Shown here: in pieces, positions 42,151 to 54,921 of the stretch
Position numbering within the stretch: the first letter of the stretch is position 1
Layout of the letters: each line of letters starts with the position of its first letter
Source: Epiperipatus broadwayi
Taxonomy: Eukaryota; Animalia; Onychophora
DNA: 64,000 nt
Reading direction: 5' to 3'
Assembly (NCBI GenBank): GCA_028023455.1
Contig: JAQFVV010000005.1
Location: 12,772,001 to 12,836,000 of the forward strand
Notes under the pieces: model-generated
The model's database searches: none
Told to the model about the DNA's origin: nothing
Seen by the model: only the letters and a program-made list of their open reading frames with translations
Position numbers and translations under genes: made by a program

Positions 42151-43349
42151 CCAACGATATCCCAATTAATATTAGATAATTTTTTAATTCATGCAATCTT
42201 CTTTCACTTGAAAGTGAACTGCAGCTGCATCTCTAACTAAAAAGTCATCATCAAATATCAGCTTGAACCAATAATTAGGTATTCTTAGAACCTTCTGCCT
42301 TCAGCTTCTAATACTGGCTTAGTTGATGATTTTATAATCTTCTGAAAATAAGGACACAATTTAGTCTTGTCTTTCATAATTTGTAAACATCTATTAAGAA
42401 ACATTCTTAAATTTAAAATAAATAATTATTTAAATATCCTGCCTTCAAGAAAACTCAACTGATATTTCAGGTAAGAACTATCAAGCAACAGAAAAAAAAG
42501 ACCATATTATTTTTTGAACTTAAACTCAGAGATAAAATGCTAATAAATTGACTATACTGGATGACACATATTAGGAAGAATCCCATACATGATTGTTTAC
42601 TATATAAATAATTATGTGGTAAAAACATCTGCAAAGAACATATAAAGTGGACATTAAAGCCTTCTCCTACTTAGTCCTTCTAAGGCCTCAAAAAGGAAAC
42701 AAAGGGCCTACTTTACTCTTTTCTTCAGCCTTAATGTACCTACTTACTTATATTATCAAGATAATAACTTTAAAATTTAAAAAAATACGGTTTTGAACTC
42801 AAACCAACTTGCTAATATACTTACAAACATGTTACACTAGATCGATAACTATTTTAACATTATCAGATTTATGCTAAAATGTGGGCCATTTCACACTTTG
42901 ACTAGAAAGTTTTTTATTAATTAAATATCACGACTTTTTCTGCTTACATTTAACATATATTTTCAAAAGTGATAGTCTTTACTCTGAATGCATATGCCAA
43001 GCATAGCAGAAAAAGTTATGTGTAGTTTTGTTGATTATAATAAATACTTAATTTTGTTTGATCTTTTTATCCAGAATTATCATACTTTACTATATAAACT
43101 TTTCTATAGATGCAATTGTTTATCCCTTATTGAAAAGATTTTATTAAATCTTAAATTTAAAATAAATAATTACTTAAATATAACACTCTTCAGTGAATAT
43201 TGATTTGTAAAGGATTTAGTCTAGGATTTGAAATTTAATCATAACCAATGATATTAAATGATTGAGCAGCATATACCATTAAGGTTCTAGCATTTTAATG
43301 CAGATTTCAGTTTTTAAAAAGATGGGGATACATATGATTAAAATTGGCA

Positions 43350-43950
43350 GCATTAATAAAGGGATAGTAACAATGTAAGAGTTAAACTTTTGATTTTGCA
43401 GTCACTGCTAAAATATAGTTCATATTTCCAATTATGTATCCATAAATACAGTAGTATGGCCATTCCAACTACAAGACAAAAACAATAAAAAAAGATAATA
43501 AGAATTGCTCTAGAGATGGATTTAGTGATGATTGTACAAACCTTAATATGTGATCCACAAATATGTCCATATATAAATTTACATCGATTCATTTTTCTAT
43601 TTACTTAATATTTTATGAATGTGGTCATTAAATTTCTTCAGCAGAAAATATTCCTTTTTGAAATAATTCAATACCATGCCAAATTGTCTCTCTCCAATAA
43701 TGAAAATAGTCAACATTGCACTTCTTTGGAAGGCCTTTGAGATATCTTTATAATATAAACAGGATCTATGTTTTCCACAAAACACATGCTCAAATTTATT
43801 AGAAAACATTCTTTGATGAAGTCTTGTATTATTCATTTGTTTTATGTATCTAATCCAAATAAGCAAGAATTTGCAAAATGGATTCTATAGTATCACATCT
43901 TGCAAACTGAAAACTGCATTGATTGGTTGTATGATCTTGCCATTGTATTT
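43350..43950 (-). mobile_element. Highly degenerate LINE RT fragment
   Basis: DISKAFQR resembles the DxxKAFD motif (ORF 43597..43866). Confidence 0.4.
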
Positions 43951-44294
43951 TTAAAATTTTACAGAGCATCTTTAAATAAAACTTTTTAATGTCTTCACAT
44001 TGTACTGACAGGATGCCCAAATCTCACTTCTACATAATATATTAGATAAAATAACAGTTCTACATACAGATAATAGTTATTCTATCTTTTAACTTGTTGA
44101 AAGCAGCAACACAATAAAGTCTGTGTTGCATCTCAACATCTAAATTCATCTTTCTACTTATAAAACAACTAATTGGTTTACATTTTCAAATTGATAATTA
44201 TTCAAACTAAAAGTTTCTGAAGACTTTTTTTGTATATTTCCAATTACATCTAGCAATATAAATATAAATGTATATCAAAACATATAACACCTAC

Positions 44295-44420
44295 CTGGTG
44301 AAGTACAGGGTTCATAATAAGCTACTTCTTTTGAATCACAGAAGCAATGTGTTTTATCAATTACTACACATTGAGCTGTTTTATCACATGGATTAAAAGT
44401 TGTGCAATCATTAATTGGAT
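44295..44420 (-). CDS. EGF-like exon
   Basis: Acceptor cattttttag, donor gtaggt, 126 nt; NPINDCTTFNPCDKTAQCVVIDKTHCFCDSKEVAYYEPCTSP. Confidence 0.88.
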
Positions 44421-44777
44421 CTAAAAAATGTACATTAAAAAGGATTTTGTAATAAAAAATAAACTGACATCAAAATAAAGTAACTATACATACAGACATA
44501 CACAATAAGGCTACTCAAACTACACAAAAGTGTGTAAACAAATAAATTTATAATAGCCACACATATCCATGCAATGAGGGATGGTGTTGTTTAACTCCAA
44601 AAAAACCTGATTAAATTTTCAGTTGCATAATAAAATATGTATAGTGTCAAACTAATAATCAGTAATTCACACTTATTATTACAAATTTATTTATTTATAC
44701 ACTTGTGTGTGGTTTAATGTACCTGTATTATATATATATAAAGTTACTGTTAACACTAACTGAAATAATCATACAAA

Positions 44778-44922
44778 TATATAAACCATTATACAATTAC
44801 AAATATCCATTAACGCCCTCAGTTGTGATAGTCTATCATTTTGAAGTTCGCTATCATTGAGATATAGACTATCACAACAGAGGGCGTTACTGGATATTTG
44901 TAATTGTATAATGGTTTATATA
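44778..44922. mobile_element. MITE-like palindrome, ~58-bp arms with 2 mismatches, 27-nt loop, TA-rich flanks
   Basis: tataaaccattatacaattacaaatatcca(t/g)taacgccctc(a/t)gttgtgatagtctat and its reverse complement. Confidence 0.8.
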
Positions 44923-45419
44923 TATATAACGATAATAATGATAAACACACAGAGATATTTAGTCTCCACACTGATACATTCAAATGATTAATGGTTCACA
45001 GTGATATACATTTTAAGTCCTTACTCAAGCCATCAATTTGTATAATGATATACTAATTATACTTTGGTCATTTTGCTTCACAATGACAAAAATAAATTTA
45101 TATATGCATGATAATCTATGTTTTATTTTATATAACACTGGAATAACGATGATTGAGCTTCAATATATTTATGTATAATGAGATAACCTGACTTCATTTG
45201 ATGATGATTAAATTAAATGAATATATTGTATGTAATAATGAAATGATAATAACAATCATGAAGTTGAATTACATCAAATTTAATTTTAAATTATAAAATT
45301 ATTTAATTTTTGTTTCAGAACAAAAATATGAAAAGTAAATAATTGAATAGCTTTATTGCTTGGAAGTAACTTCTGAGTCTGACTTTCTACCACTGGGCCA
45401 AGCGTGAAGAATATAATTG

Positions 45420-45545
45420 AGTGTGATTTTATTGTTTGATAATTACTAAGAAGTTCAACTGCAAAAATGCCAGAACTGGAATTGATCTGAGAATCCTATG
45501 TTTCAGAATCAAACATTATAACCGTGCACTAAACCATGCAGGACT
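45420..45545 (-). mobile_element. Degenerate tRNA-like SINE head
   Basis: Minus strand gcatggtttagtgcacggttataatg...ttctgaa...cagatcaattccag shows A/B-box-like spacing; strongly diverged. Confidence 0.35.
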
Positions 45546-45635
45546 ATGATGTATACAAGATTATATGTAAGCAAGTAAGTAAAGCAATTATTCTTTTTAT
45601 TTATCTATTTTTATTTGTAAACAATAACAGATGCA

Positions 45636-45856
45636 TAGTCAAAATAAGAGTCATAGATCACATGACCCTATTTTCTTAAGCTTGTAAGTTATAAACAATG
45701 AGGATTGTCAATTCCTCAACAAGCTTTATAATAAATGCTTAGCCAGAGAAAGCATTTAAAATATCTCTGTCCGGAAACCCCCTACCAAATCCCTGACCAT
45801 GGTTTCGTGCTTTGGCACTCCTCAGAGAGGTGCCAGGGTAGGTTCAGATACTAGAT
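45636..45856 (-). mobile_element. Family B hammerhead-bearing pLTR/retrozyme-like monomer
   Basis: Reverse complement of ~56740-56960 with high identity. Confidence 0.85.
45790..45830 (-). ncRNA. Canonical minimal type I hammerhead ribozyme, family B
   Basis: CCUCU-CUGAGGA-GUGCcaaaGCAC-GAAA-CCAUGG-UC/AGGG: full CUGANGA and GAAA core, perfect stem II, palindromic ACCAUGGU stem III, GUC site (cut between 45795 and 45794). Confidence 0.88.
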
Positions 45857-47621
45857 TGTAAGAGTAATTATTTACAATTATATAGTAAATGAACTCCTTT
45901 TACATTTGTTTTTTTGCAACATTCACATTTTATTAATTAATCTGACATTTCAATTGTTCAACAGACTTTTTCACAACTTTCTTTTTCTTCTAGATGATTT
46001 AATAAAACTTAAATATTATAAAAAGCCAACTGTAAAAAAATCGACTTACTACATATTTTTTTAATAATTCTTTCTGGTTAAATTTCAAATTAATTAATCC
46101 TTGATTGTGAAATTCAATGTAATATGTAGGGCAGGAGATAGGATAATATATATATTTTTTGTGTTGTGTTACATTGCATTATACTTGCACGTGTTTGTTT
46201 ATGATTTTTGAAAAAAAAAATCCATGTTATATGACTGAAAATTATTTTGACTAGTAATAATATCTATTTATATATTGGACTATTTTCATCAGCTAATATT
46301 AAGTATCGAATATCTTAAGAAAAATTTAAATTTATTTAAATTTTCTAAGCACACAGATTAGTATATACACAATGTTTCGGGTGGTATTATTTTTTCTTCT
46401 TCAGGTGTTCCTGGCCTGACCAGTACTAGCATGGAAATTGAGCCTGGATCTTTAGATTCTTGAATATTGAATTTTAAGGTAATGGTCTAACCAACTGAAT
46501 GTAAATGAAAAATTTAAATAAAGTTAAATTTCTCTAAAGACATTCAATACTTAAAATGATGGAAATAGTCTAATACATAAATACAAATAAAATGCCATTA
46601 AGAAAACACTAATAATATCTATGTTTAAATTTTTTTGAAATGTATGATGATCTGCTGTGGTGATGGATAACCTATAGGGCTTGCATCAAATTTGGCATAC
46701 AAATAAATTATTTTTAAATCATGAACCCTGGTTATAAAAATAAAAATTATATTTAGATCTTGTAAAGTAATATTATAATCAAAATATACTTCCTATTAGT
46801 AAGCAGAAAAAAAATATACAGCAAAGTTTCAAATTCAAACTAAATAACAAACTTTTTACATACATTCTATAGATATTTTACACTGTTTTTTATTTTTGAA
46901 GCTAATTTCAGAAGTGAGTCCATAACTGTTTTTAACTTTCATTTTGTTATTGTTTGCCCTTTCAAAGGCTTGCACTTTTGTTCCTTATGAAAATTATTTT
47001 TCATCAATATAATTGATAAAAAGAAAAATGAGAAAGTATTCTGTTTAACTCCAAATATTAATAGTCTAGTGAGAATAAAATGGATTCATAAAGTAAGTAA
47101 TTTTTAAGCTTATATTTTAACATTTTTTTCATCATATACTATAGAAATTTTTTTATTTATTATATTATGAAAACAAAGTTAAATATTATTTATTAATATC
47201 ATACTATATTCTATACAAAAATTAAATAATAGTGCAAAAGTTGTATAATTCATGGAACTCGTAGATGAAAAAATTAAAGCATGGATTGTAAAACATTGCC
47301 ATCTTGGTCGATTGCATTTTTCAATAGCCCAATGTCTGAAAACTCCAAGATAAAATAATTTTATACATGGAATTTATTATTTAAAAATCATTTGCAAACA
47401 TTTACAAAAATATTTAAATAAAAAAACATAAATAAGTATATAATATTATATATATAATTAACTAAGTGATGAAAGCTATATTTTTAAATAAAGTATAATT
47501 AATAAAAATTTGTAGACTAAGTAAAATTAATTTAATTGCATCTCATAATGTAAAAGGCAAAATATATACTTGAATAATTGTAGCTTATACAAATTAAATA
47601 TTTAATCATGGGTTAACTTAC

Positions 47622-48818
47622 TGCAAGTTTTGCTGATGATATCAAAACTCATATTTTCAGGACACCTACACTCATTGATTATGTACACCATCATGCTATC
47701 CAGGCATATGCATTTCTTAGTGTTAAAATCATAAATCATATTTTCAGGACAGCTGCATTTGTTGTTGATATTTACCATCACTTCATTTGGACATTTGCAT
47801 TCAAAAGATTTAGAATCATAAGTCATATTTTCAGAGCATTTGCATTCCTCCGTGTTATTGTCAAGTATCAAGTTTCTAGAACATTTACATCCTTTGGTTT
47901 CATTATCATACACCATATCCTTGTTACATGTGCACAGTTTTGTTTGAGAATCATAAGTCATGTATTTGGGACATATGCACATTTTTGTTTCAACATCAAG
48001 AAGCATGTCCTTGGGACAATTACACATATTTGTTTGAAAATCATAAAACATATTATTTAGACACTTGCATTCCTTAATTGCCTCTATATAAAAAAGAAAA
48101 TCATTCAAACATGCACACTCTTTGGTTTCTGACTTAAAAAGCATTCCATTTGGGCATTTGCATTCTTTCATTTCATTATCATATACCATATTCCATGGGC
48201 ACTTACATTCATTTGTGTTTGGATAGTAAGTCATATTCTTTGGACATTTACACTCATTTGTATCTGGATAGAAAGTCATATTCTCTGGGCATTTGCACTC
48301 ATTTGTATCTGGATACAAAGTCATTTCCTTGGGACATTTACAATCATTTGTATCTGGATAGAAAGTCAAATTCTTTGGACATTTGCATTCACTTGTGTCT
48401 GGATAGAATATCATATCTTTTGGACATTTACACTCATTTGTGTCTGGATAAAAAATCATATTCTTTGGACATTTACATTCGTTTGTATTTGGATAGTAAG
48501 TCATATTATCAGGACATTTGCACTCATTTGTGTCTGGATACAAAGTCATATTCTTTGGACATTTACAATCATTTGTATCTGAATAGTAAGTCATATTTTC
48601 TAAGCATTTGCACTCATTTGTGTTTTGATAAGTCATATCCTTTGGACATTTGCATTCTTTGGTTTTTGGGTAATATGTCATATTTTCTGGACATTTACAA
48701 GTAAGTGATTCTGAATCAAAAGTCATCAAATCTGAAGGGCAGACACAAATAGCATAGACATTTTGCATGTGGCATGATAAAGGAGCTGGACATGATAGGA
48801 TTCTACATGATCCAGGAA
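47622..48818 (-). CDS. Large exon: EGF module plus 24 tandem C-x-C-P-x-x-M-x-(Y/F) loops (45-bp unit)
   Basis: Within ORF 47602..48861; acceptor tttttttttcag, donor gtaagtt, 1197 nt = 399 codons; units such as CKCPKNMTYYPNTNE; 54 Cys. Confidence 0.93.
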
Positions 48819-49199
48819 CTGAAAAAAAAATGCAATATTGTAAATTTACAAAACAAATCACAATAATTATAAAATAATAATACTTTCATTTTTTCATTTA
48901 CACCATAAAATGAGTAGAATCATAAGAAAGCAGTTATTTAATAAAAATATAAATTAAAAGAATTGGAAAAAGAAATATGTGTATTATAGGACAATAAAAA
49001 ATTAGATCATTTTAAATCATTAATAAGCCACTGCAGAATAAAGGTTCCTGCAAGTTTAATACAATTACTCTAATTCTTACTTCTCTTCTTCAAAACACAC
49101 CAACAAACTTCCTTATTTCATTAATCCATCTTATGCAATGTCTTTTAAATCACTTCAGATCAGTTTTAAATTTCAACGATCCAAATATTATTTTGAAAC

Positions 49200-51200
49200 T
49201 GCTTAACGTTAACAATTCTTTTGTCAATAAATATAAGCAGCACATCATTTTGCTGAAGATTTTAATAAATAATGTTTAGTGAGAGAAAATTGTCTGAGTT
49301 TCTATACTGATAGATTACAATATAGAGATGGCTGTTTGTTAAGAAACTATGGTTTAAAAATTCGAGCCTCTTGTGATTTGTGATTACAATCACCCCAGAT
49401 CCTATTAGAAACTGATGCAATTTTTGGAAAGTCCAAAAAATAATTAGAGCTTCATTTTCCATAACCATGTAATTTAGTTCAGGTCCCTTCAATAGCCAGA
49501 TTATAAAGAAAATGCCTGTGCCAACCCCCCCCCCCCACTCTTGGATTTGGACTGTCGGTTTGTATATAAAATGGTTTGGTGAAATCAGGATATGACAGCA
49601 TGACTTCATTTAAGAAACCGTTTTTCATGTTTTGAAAACTGCTATCATGTTGTGCCATCCATACCCAAGATCTTTCCTTTTTCAGCAATTGCAGTAGTGG
49701 CTCCATGTCATAAATTTTTTTTTATAGAATTAGTTATAAAAATTACATAAGCCTAGAAATGATCTTATGTGTTTTTTGTTATAAAAATTACATAAGCCTA
49801 GAAATGATCTTATGGGTTTTTTGTTATAAAAATTACATAAGCCTAGAAATGATCTTATGTGTTTTTTGTTCCTGGGGAGCGGGAACTCCTGAATTGCTTG
49901 GATTTTGTCAGGATGTAGTTAAATTATTTTCCCACTTATTATGTGGCCTAAAATCTTGACCTCAGTCGCTATTAAATTGCTTTTTTTTAAATTCATTTTA
50001 ATTCCCATTTTTTTACACCCTCAAAATAGCTGTTTTAAATGAATGAAGTGTTCTTCGACATTTTCTAATGCTAAAACTATGTCATCAACATACATCATAA
50101 TTAAATTTTTTGTTTCATCTGATAATACCCGATCCCAGCATTGTATCAGTCCCATCCACTACTTTTTTTAACCTGAATAGTATATGATTAAAGTTGTATG
50201 CATGCTCATTGTAACAAAATATGGTATAATTTCTGATCGTGAGGATATAACTTGATCTGCCAGTAACTGGTGATTAAATCAAATGTCGAAAACATCTTTT
50301 TGTTATGAAATTTTACCAATAGTTCAGGTATGAGTGCAAGAGTGTTAGTGTCAGGGATGATCATTTTATTCCAACTGCCTCACATCCAAGCACTGTTCGA
50401 TGAACTCATCCTTTTTCTTTACTGTCACTATGGGATTCTTAAATAGTGACAAACATTTGGTTACAATTCTCCACTTCGACATTTTTGTCTATTTGCCCTT
50501 CGACATCCCCACTGTATTGGTGAGGAATAAAGTATGTCCTAGCCTGATATGGTTGATCTTTCATGAGCCTTATCTTGTGCTCATAGCCTTGAATTACCCC
50601 AGGGATATCTGAAAAAAATACTCTCATATTCGCTTAACACATGCTTCAGCCATTTTCGGTGATAATTATTTATAAATTTCGATTCTTTTACGTGCATATT
50701 TCCAGTTTTACCTCCATGTTTTGTATGCAATATGTCATGGCAGATTTATACATTTTGTCAATGTAAATATCAATACCTTTCTGTTTAATATTATCTGATT
50801 TAATTCATAGTCCAGCACACAGCCGGCCCTATGCATGAAATCCGATCCTAGTATGACCTCATGGATCAACCTCTCTAATATAAGCAAAACATGACTGCAC
50901 TCTTTCTTTTCTATCATGTTCACCCAGATCTGTTTTGACACTAATTTGGCCTTTTTACTATTGGGTACAGTTACATACATTGTCTTTAACAGCAGTTATG
51001 TTGTGAAGGTTTATGCGGCTGATTTGTTTAAACATATTCTATGACATTACCAACACATCACTGTCTGAGTCCAGCATTGTAGCTGTTAACACCCCCTCCA
51101 ATACTACTTTAACTTTAGGACAATGCTGAGATACCAATATCGGTTTTCTTTTCTACCAGCTACATATTAAGATTGCTAACTGCGAAGGGCATTTTCACCA
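49200..51200 (-). mobile_element. Degenerate Ty3/Gypsy pol (protease-RT-RNase H)
   Basis: ATMLDSDS and EVILGSDF (protease); FSDIPGVIQGYEHKIRL..P (RT start); LLQLLKKERSWVW..YPDFTKPFYIQTDS; ELNY..MENEAL.IFW..KLHQFLIG..VITNH (RNase H). Confidence 0.85.
49733..49868. repeat. 3 x 45-bp tandem repeat interrupting the Gypsy remnant
   Basis: ttataaaaattacataagcctagaaatgatcttatg(t/g)gttttttg three times. Confidence 0.9.
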
Positions 51201-51279
51201 AGATATCTATGCTTCTTTCATAATGGTTTTGATCACAGGATTATTAATAGGGCTTTTTTATATAATAAGAAAAAAGATT

Positions 51280-52170
51280 TTTATACTTCAAATATTAAGA
51301 CTGCTTTGCCATATAGAAAGGGAGTAACTGATAAAATCGGTAATGTTTTGGAAAAAAAAATATCCATACAATTTATACTACATTTAAAAATATTAAAGAT
51401 GTATTTCCACACCCTAAAGATAAAATTCCTTGGGAGTCTCATGTTAATATATGAAATTCCATGTGGAGTTTGTTTACATTTATACATTGGACATACCAAT
51501 CATAGAATAAACATAAGAAAGAAAGATTACATTTTGGCAGTTAGAAAAAAATCTAATTCAGCAGCCTTTATTTACATGTTAAATTAACTAATAGATATCA
51601 ATTTTAATAAAATACATATTCTGGTAAAAACTGAACAATATGACCAGAGACTACTAAGGAAAGCTATAGAGATTTTTAATTGGCCTAACAGCATAAATGA
51701 TAAGTGTGAATTAAAGAAAATGAACAATATTTAAAAAAAACTATTGGAGGATAAATTTTTTTTTTTAAACTTCTCAACCAATAGAATTTGATAATGAGAA
51801 GAAAATAACAAAGAAAAAATATAATGATCTTAAATCTCATCACTACATTCTTATGATTTGAGAAAGAAAAAGCTCTGAGGAAAGAAGTTGCTATTGTATT
51901 GAAATGTTAGCTCTTTAGCTGTTATACTTTTTACTTACATGAATATTCCTGGAAATAAGACCATGTATATATATATATATATATATGTTTTAGGTATTCA
52001 TGAATATATATATATATATGTTTTAGGTATTCATAAATAATTATAATTATATGTATGTATGGTAAATAAAGTTATTATATGTTTATGTAATAGATAATTG
52101 TAAGACAATTGTTTTTTTAGATCTGAAGAAGATTGCTAGTCAGTCAAAACTGTCATATATTAAAGCATTA
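51280..52170 (+). mobile_element. Penelope-like GIY-YIG endonuclease remnant plus decayed pLTR
   Basis: LPYRKGVTDKIGNVL; YEIPCGVCLHLYIGHTNHRINIR; QRLLREAIEI near 51650-51675; ctgaaga-agattgctagtcagtc-aaaac at 52123-52150. Confidence 0.85.
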
Positions 52171-52429
52171 TGAAAAATGCATTATGAGAAGTGTTTTTTT
52201 GTAAAGATTTAATAGAAACAATGTAATAAGAATGGAAGAAGTTTTAGACATCCTGAATAGTTCTTATAATACTGATTATACAAAAACACTAATATACACA
52301 TTAGTTAATGAGAATTTAAAAATGTGGTGTTGCACATTAAAATAATAATAATCTGTCATAATCCTGACTTAGCTTCAAGTTATATTTGGAATAATTTAAG
52401 TCTGTAAAAATAGAATTGATTCTACTTAC

Positions 52430-52549
52430 CACATTCATTATCTTTATTAACATGAAATCCATCTTCGCATCTTTTACATTCTGTCTTACCATTTACAACT
52501 TCACACTTTTTTGCTTTATCACAATCAAAAATAGTGCATTCTTCATTGG
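52430..52549 (-). CDS. EGF/follistatin-N-like exon
   Basis: Acceptor ttatttttactag, donor gtaagta, 120 nt; TNEECTIFDCDKAKKCEVVNGKTECKRCEDGFHVNKDNEC (C4-x2-C5 variant). Confidence 0.88.
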
Positions 52550-54921
52550 CTAGTAAAAATAAGAAACATTAAAACAATCCCTATTATTGCAATAATTGTA
52601 ATTGAAAATATTATCATTATCATGCATTAATACATACATCTGGCTCTAAGATCTTAAATATTTAATTTTTTTATGGAATTGATAATATTGCTATGATTTT
52701 ATAATTAATATACAAATGAAGGTATGATTTTTTACTTCACATGGTTTTAATTATATATTTAATAATGATTTAATGTGTCATTTTGATCAGTTCAAAGAAT
52801 CAGTGGGGTTCTCATCTGTTAAATATGATAAAATCACTAAAAAAAAACCTTATAATTGATGAAGAAGAAAATACAGAAATGGAAAAAGATATGAAAGTGA
52901 TAATTAAAGAAAATGATAAAATTAAAAATAGACTGCAAATTTTTTATAATGATAAAAATAAGCAAGAATAATAAGAATTAACCTTCTTTATTGAAGTACA
53001 TGGTTTAATCTCTAAAAAAATGAAAATTTATTGCTATATTTAATTTACTTAAGAATAAATTGGACATGAAGGATTTTGGTAGTGGACATATTACTAATAC
53101 ATATATATATATGTATATATATACTGATACAAAAATTTTCAAGGTTTACAGATATAAATGATATACTACAATCACCTTTATAATATTTTATTCATCACTC
53201 AGTTAATAGCTTGTGTGGTCAAAGTGAAATGTTATATATTCATAATCAAAATCATATATAGATGAACCCACAAAATATATCATTTATATGGAGTAAAAGA
53301 TAAATTTTCTGAAAGAGAAGATCCTATCTTAAAGACTGAATTAAAAGATATTAATTATGATAAAGAATAGCTAAATAAAAAAAAGGGTTATTTTAAAAGG
53401 TAAAGACATTTTTAATGATTTGATTAATCAAGATAAAGGAGATAAACGAATATGTATAAAGGAAGCTTTAACAACAATAAATAAAAAATTATTATAAAAA
53501 ACTAAAAACGTAGCAAACAAAAAAACTATAAATATATATAGATTAAAAATGAACAAAAATGGAGAGAAAAAAAATTCGAATAATGAAAGTGACATTATTA
53601 ATATTGTGCAAGTTCTAATTTAAATGTCTTTGAATATAATCTAATGCAAAATGATTAAGGTTGTAATATTGAAAGACATTGAAGATAAGTACAAAAAAAA
53701 TTTAATACATATGAAGACTGGGAAATAGAAATTAAAGAATATAATATTGAAAACAATATTTATAATATATTTCCTGTTAACCATAGAAATATAAGAAAAA
53801 ATTGGGATGAATTAATTGCAACTATATACTTTTGCATTTAAACTAATTGATTATCTAATATTAATTGAAATAAATATAAAAAAATGAATAAGTTAATTTT
53901 TTTAATATTATAAATTATAAAAAAGTTGCATATTGTAGAAATCAAAGAAAAGATGGAGGTATATTGAATTTGTTAGACAAAATATTTTTGTTGAAAAATT
54001 GGAAGTCAATTTTAATAGATTTGAAGCAATTCATATATTTTTTGAATGAAGTAGCAAAAAAATTATGTTACTAACAATATGCAGATGACCAGATAATGAT
54101 TATAAAATTTTTTATAGATGAATTAAAATTATAGTTAAAATGTTTTAGACAAATATGAATATTTTTGCTACTTATGGTGTACTTTGTAATGTTAAAACAT
54201 ACCGAAGAGAAGAAATTACAATGAATAATATAGTTTCTTCATGTATTCATCATATTAATACAAGCCTAAAGAAAAATAATATTTTCATTGCTGTTATTAA
54301 AGAAAAGATTACTGATCATTATTTTAGATTTATATCTATTCCAAACACAATACAACATAATAAAATATCAGAAATAGTTAAAAATAAATCGATATTGTAT
54401 AATTATCAAGTAATTAGAAAATTTTTAAAGCTGACTGGAAGTCCAAAAAAAATAATGACATTAATATTATGTATGAGAAGTATGTAGAAATATTTCAAAG
54501 ATATATACAAAAAGTCATAAGAAATCAATATAATTAAAAAAAAAATATTCAAAATTAATACAAGAAAAAAAATTATGATGCAATGCAAAAAACTAAACAA
54601 AGTGATGACTTATTTCTTAAATATATATCATTAGAGAAGAGAAACAATTGTTTTATAATAAATTTTTAATGAAAATAGAGATGACCTTAAAAAAACTTAG
54701 AGAAAAGTAAATTAAATTAAGGAAAGCGAGTACTTTAACTGATGATGGTTTAAAAAAAAAAAAATTTAATGCCATATTTGTAGAAAGAATCAACAAACTA
54801 AAAAAAATTAATCATGATGTTCAAATTTCAACAAAATATAATAACCAATCTCATCCAATATTTGTGCCAAATTTAAATGAAGATTTACATGAAATAATAA
54901 AAGAATAGTTATTATAAGTAT

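Noticed and set aside
48150-48704. 184-aa plus-strand repetitive ORF
   Set aside because: Antisense shadow of the cysteine-repeat exon; no independent support.
47622-48818. Naming the gene Balbiani ring 3, VEGF-C, dumpy, fibrillin or Notch
   Set aside because: The repeat is C-x-C with a 15-aa period rather than C-x-C-x-C, the calcium-binding EGF consensus is incomplete, and no diagnostic domain is in the window.
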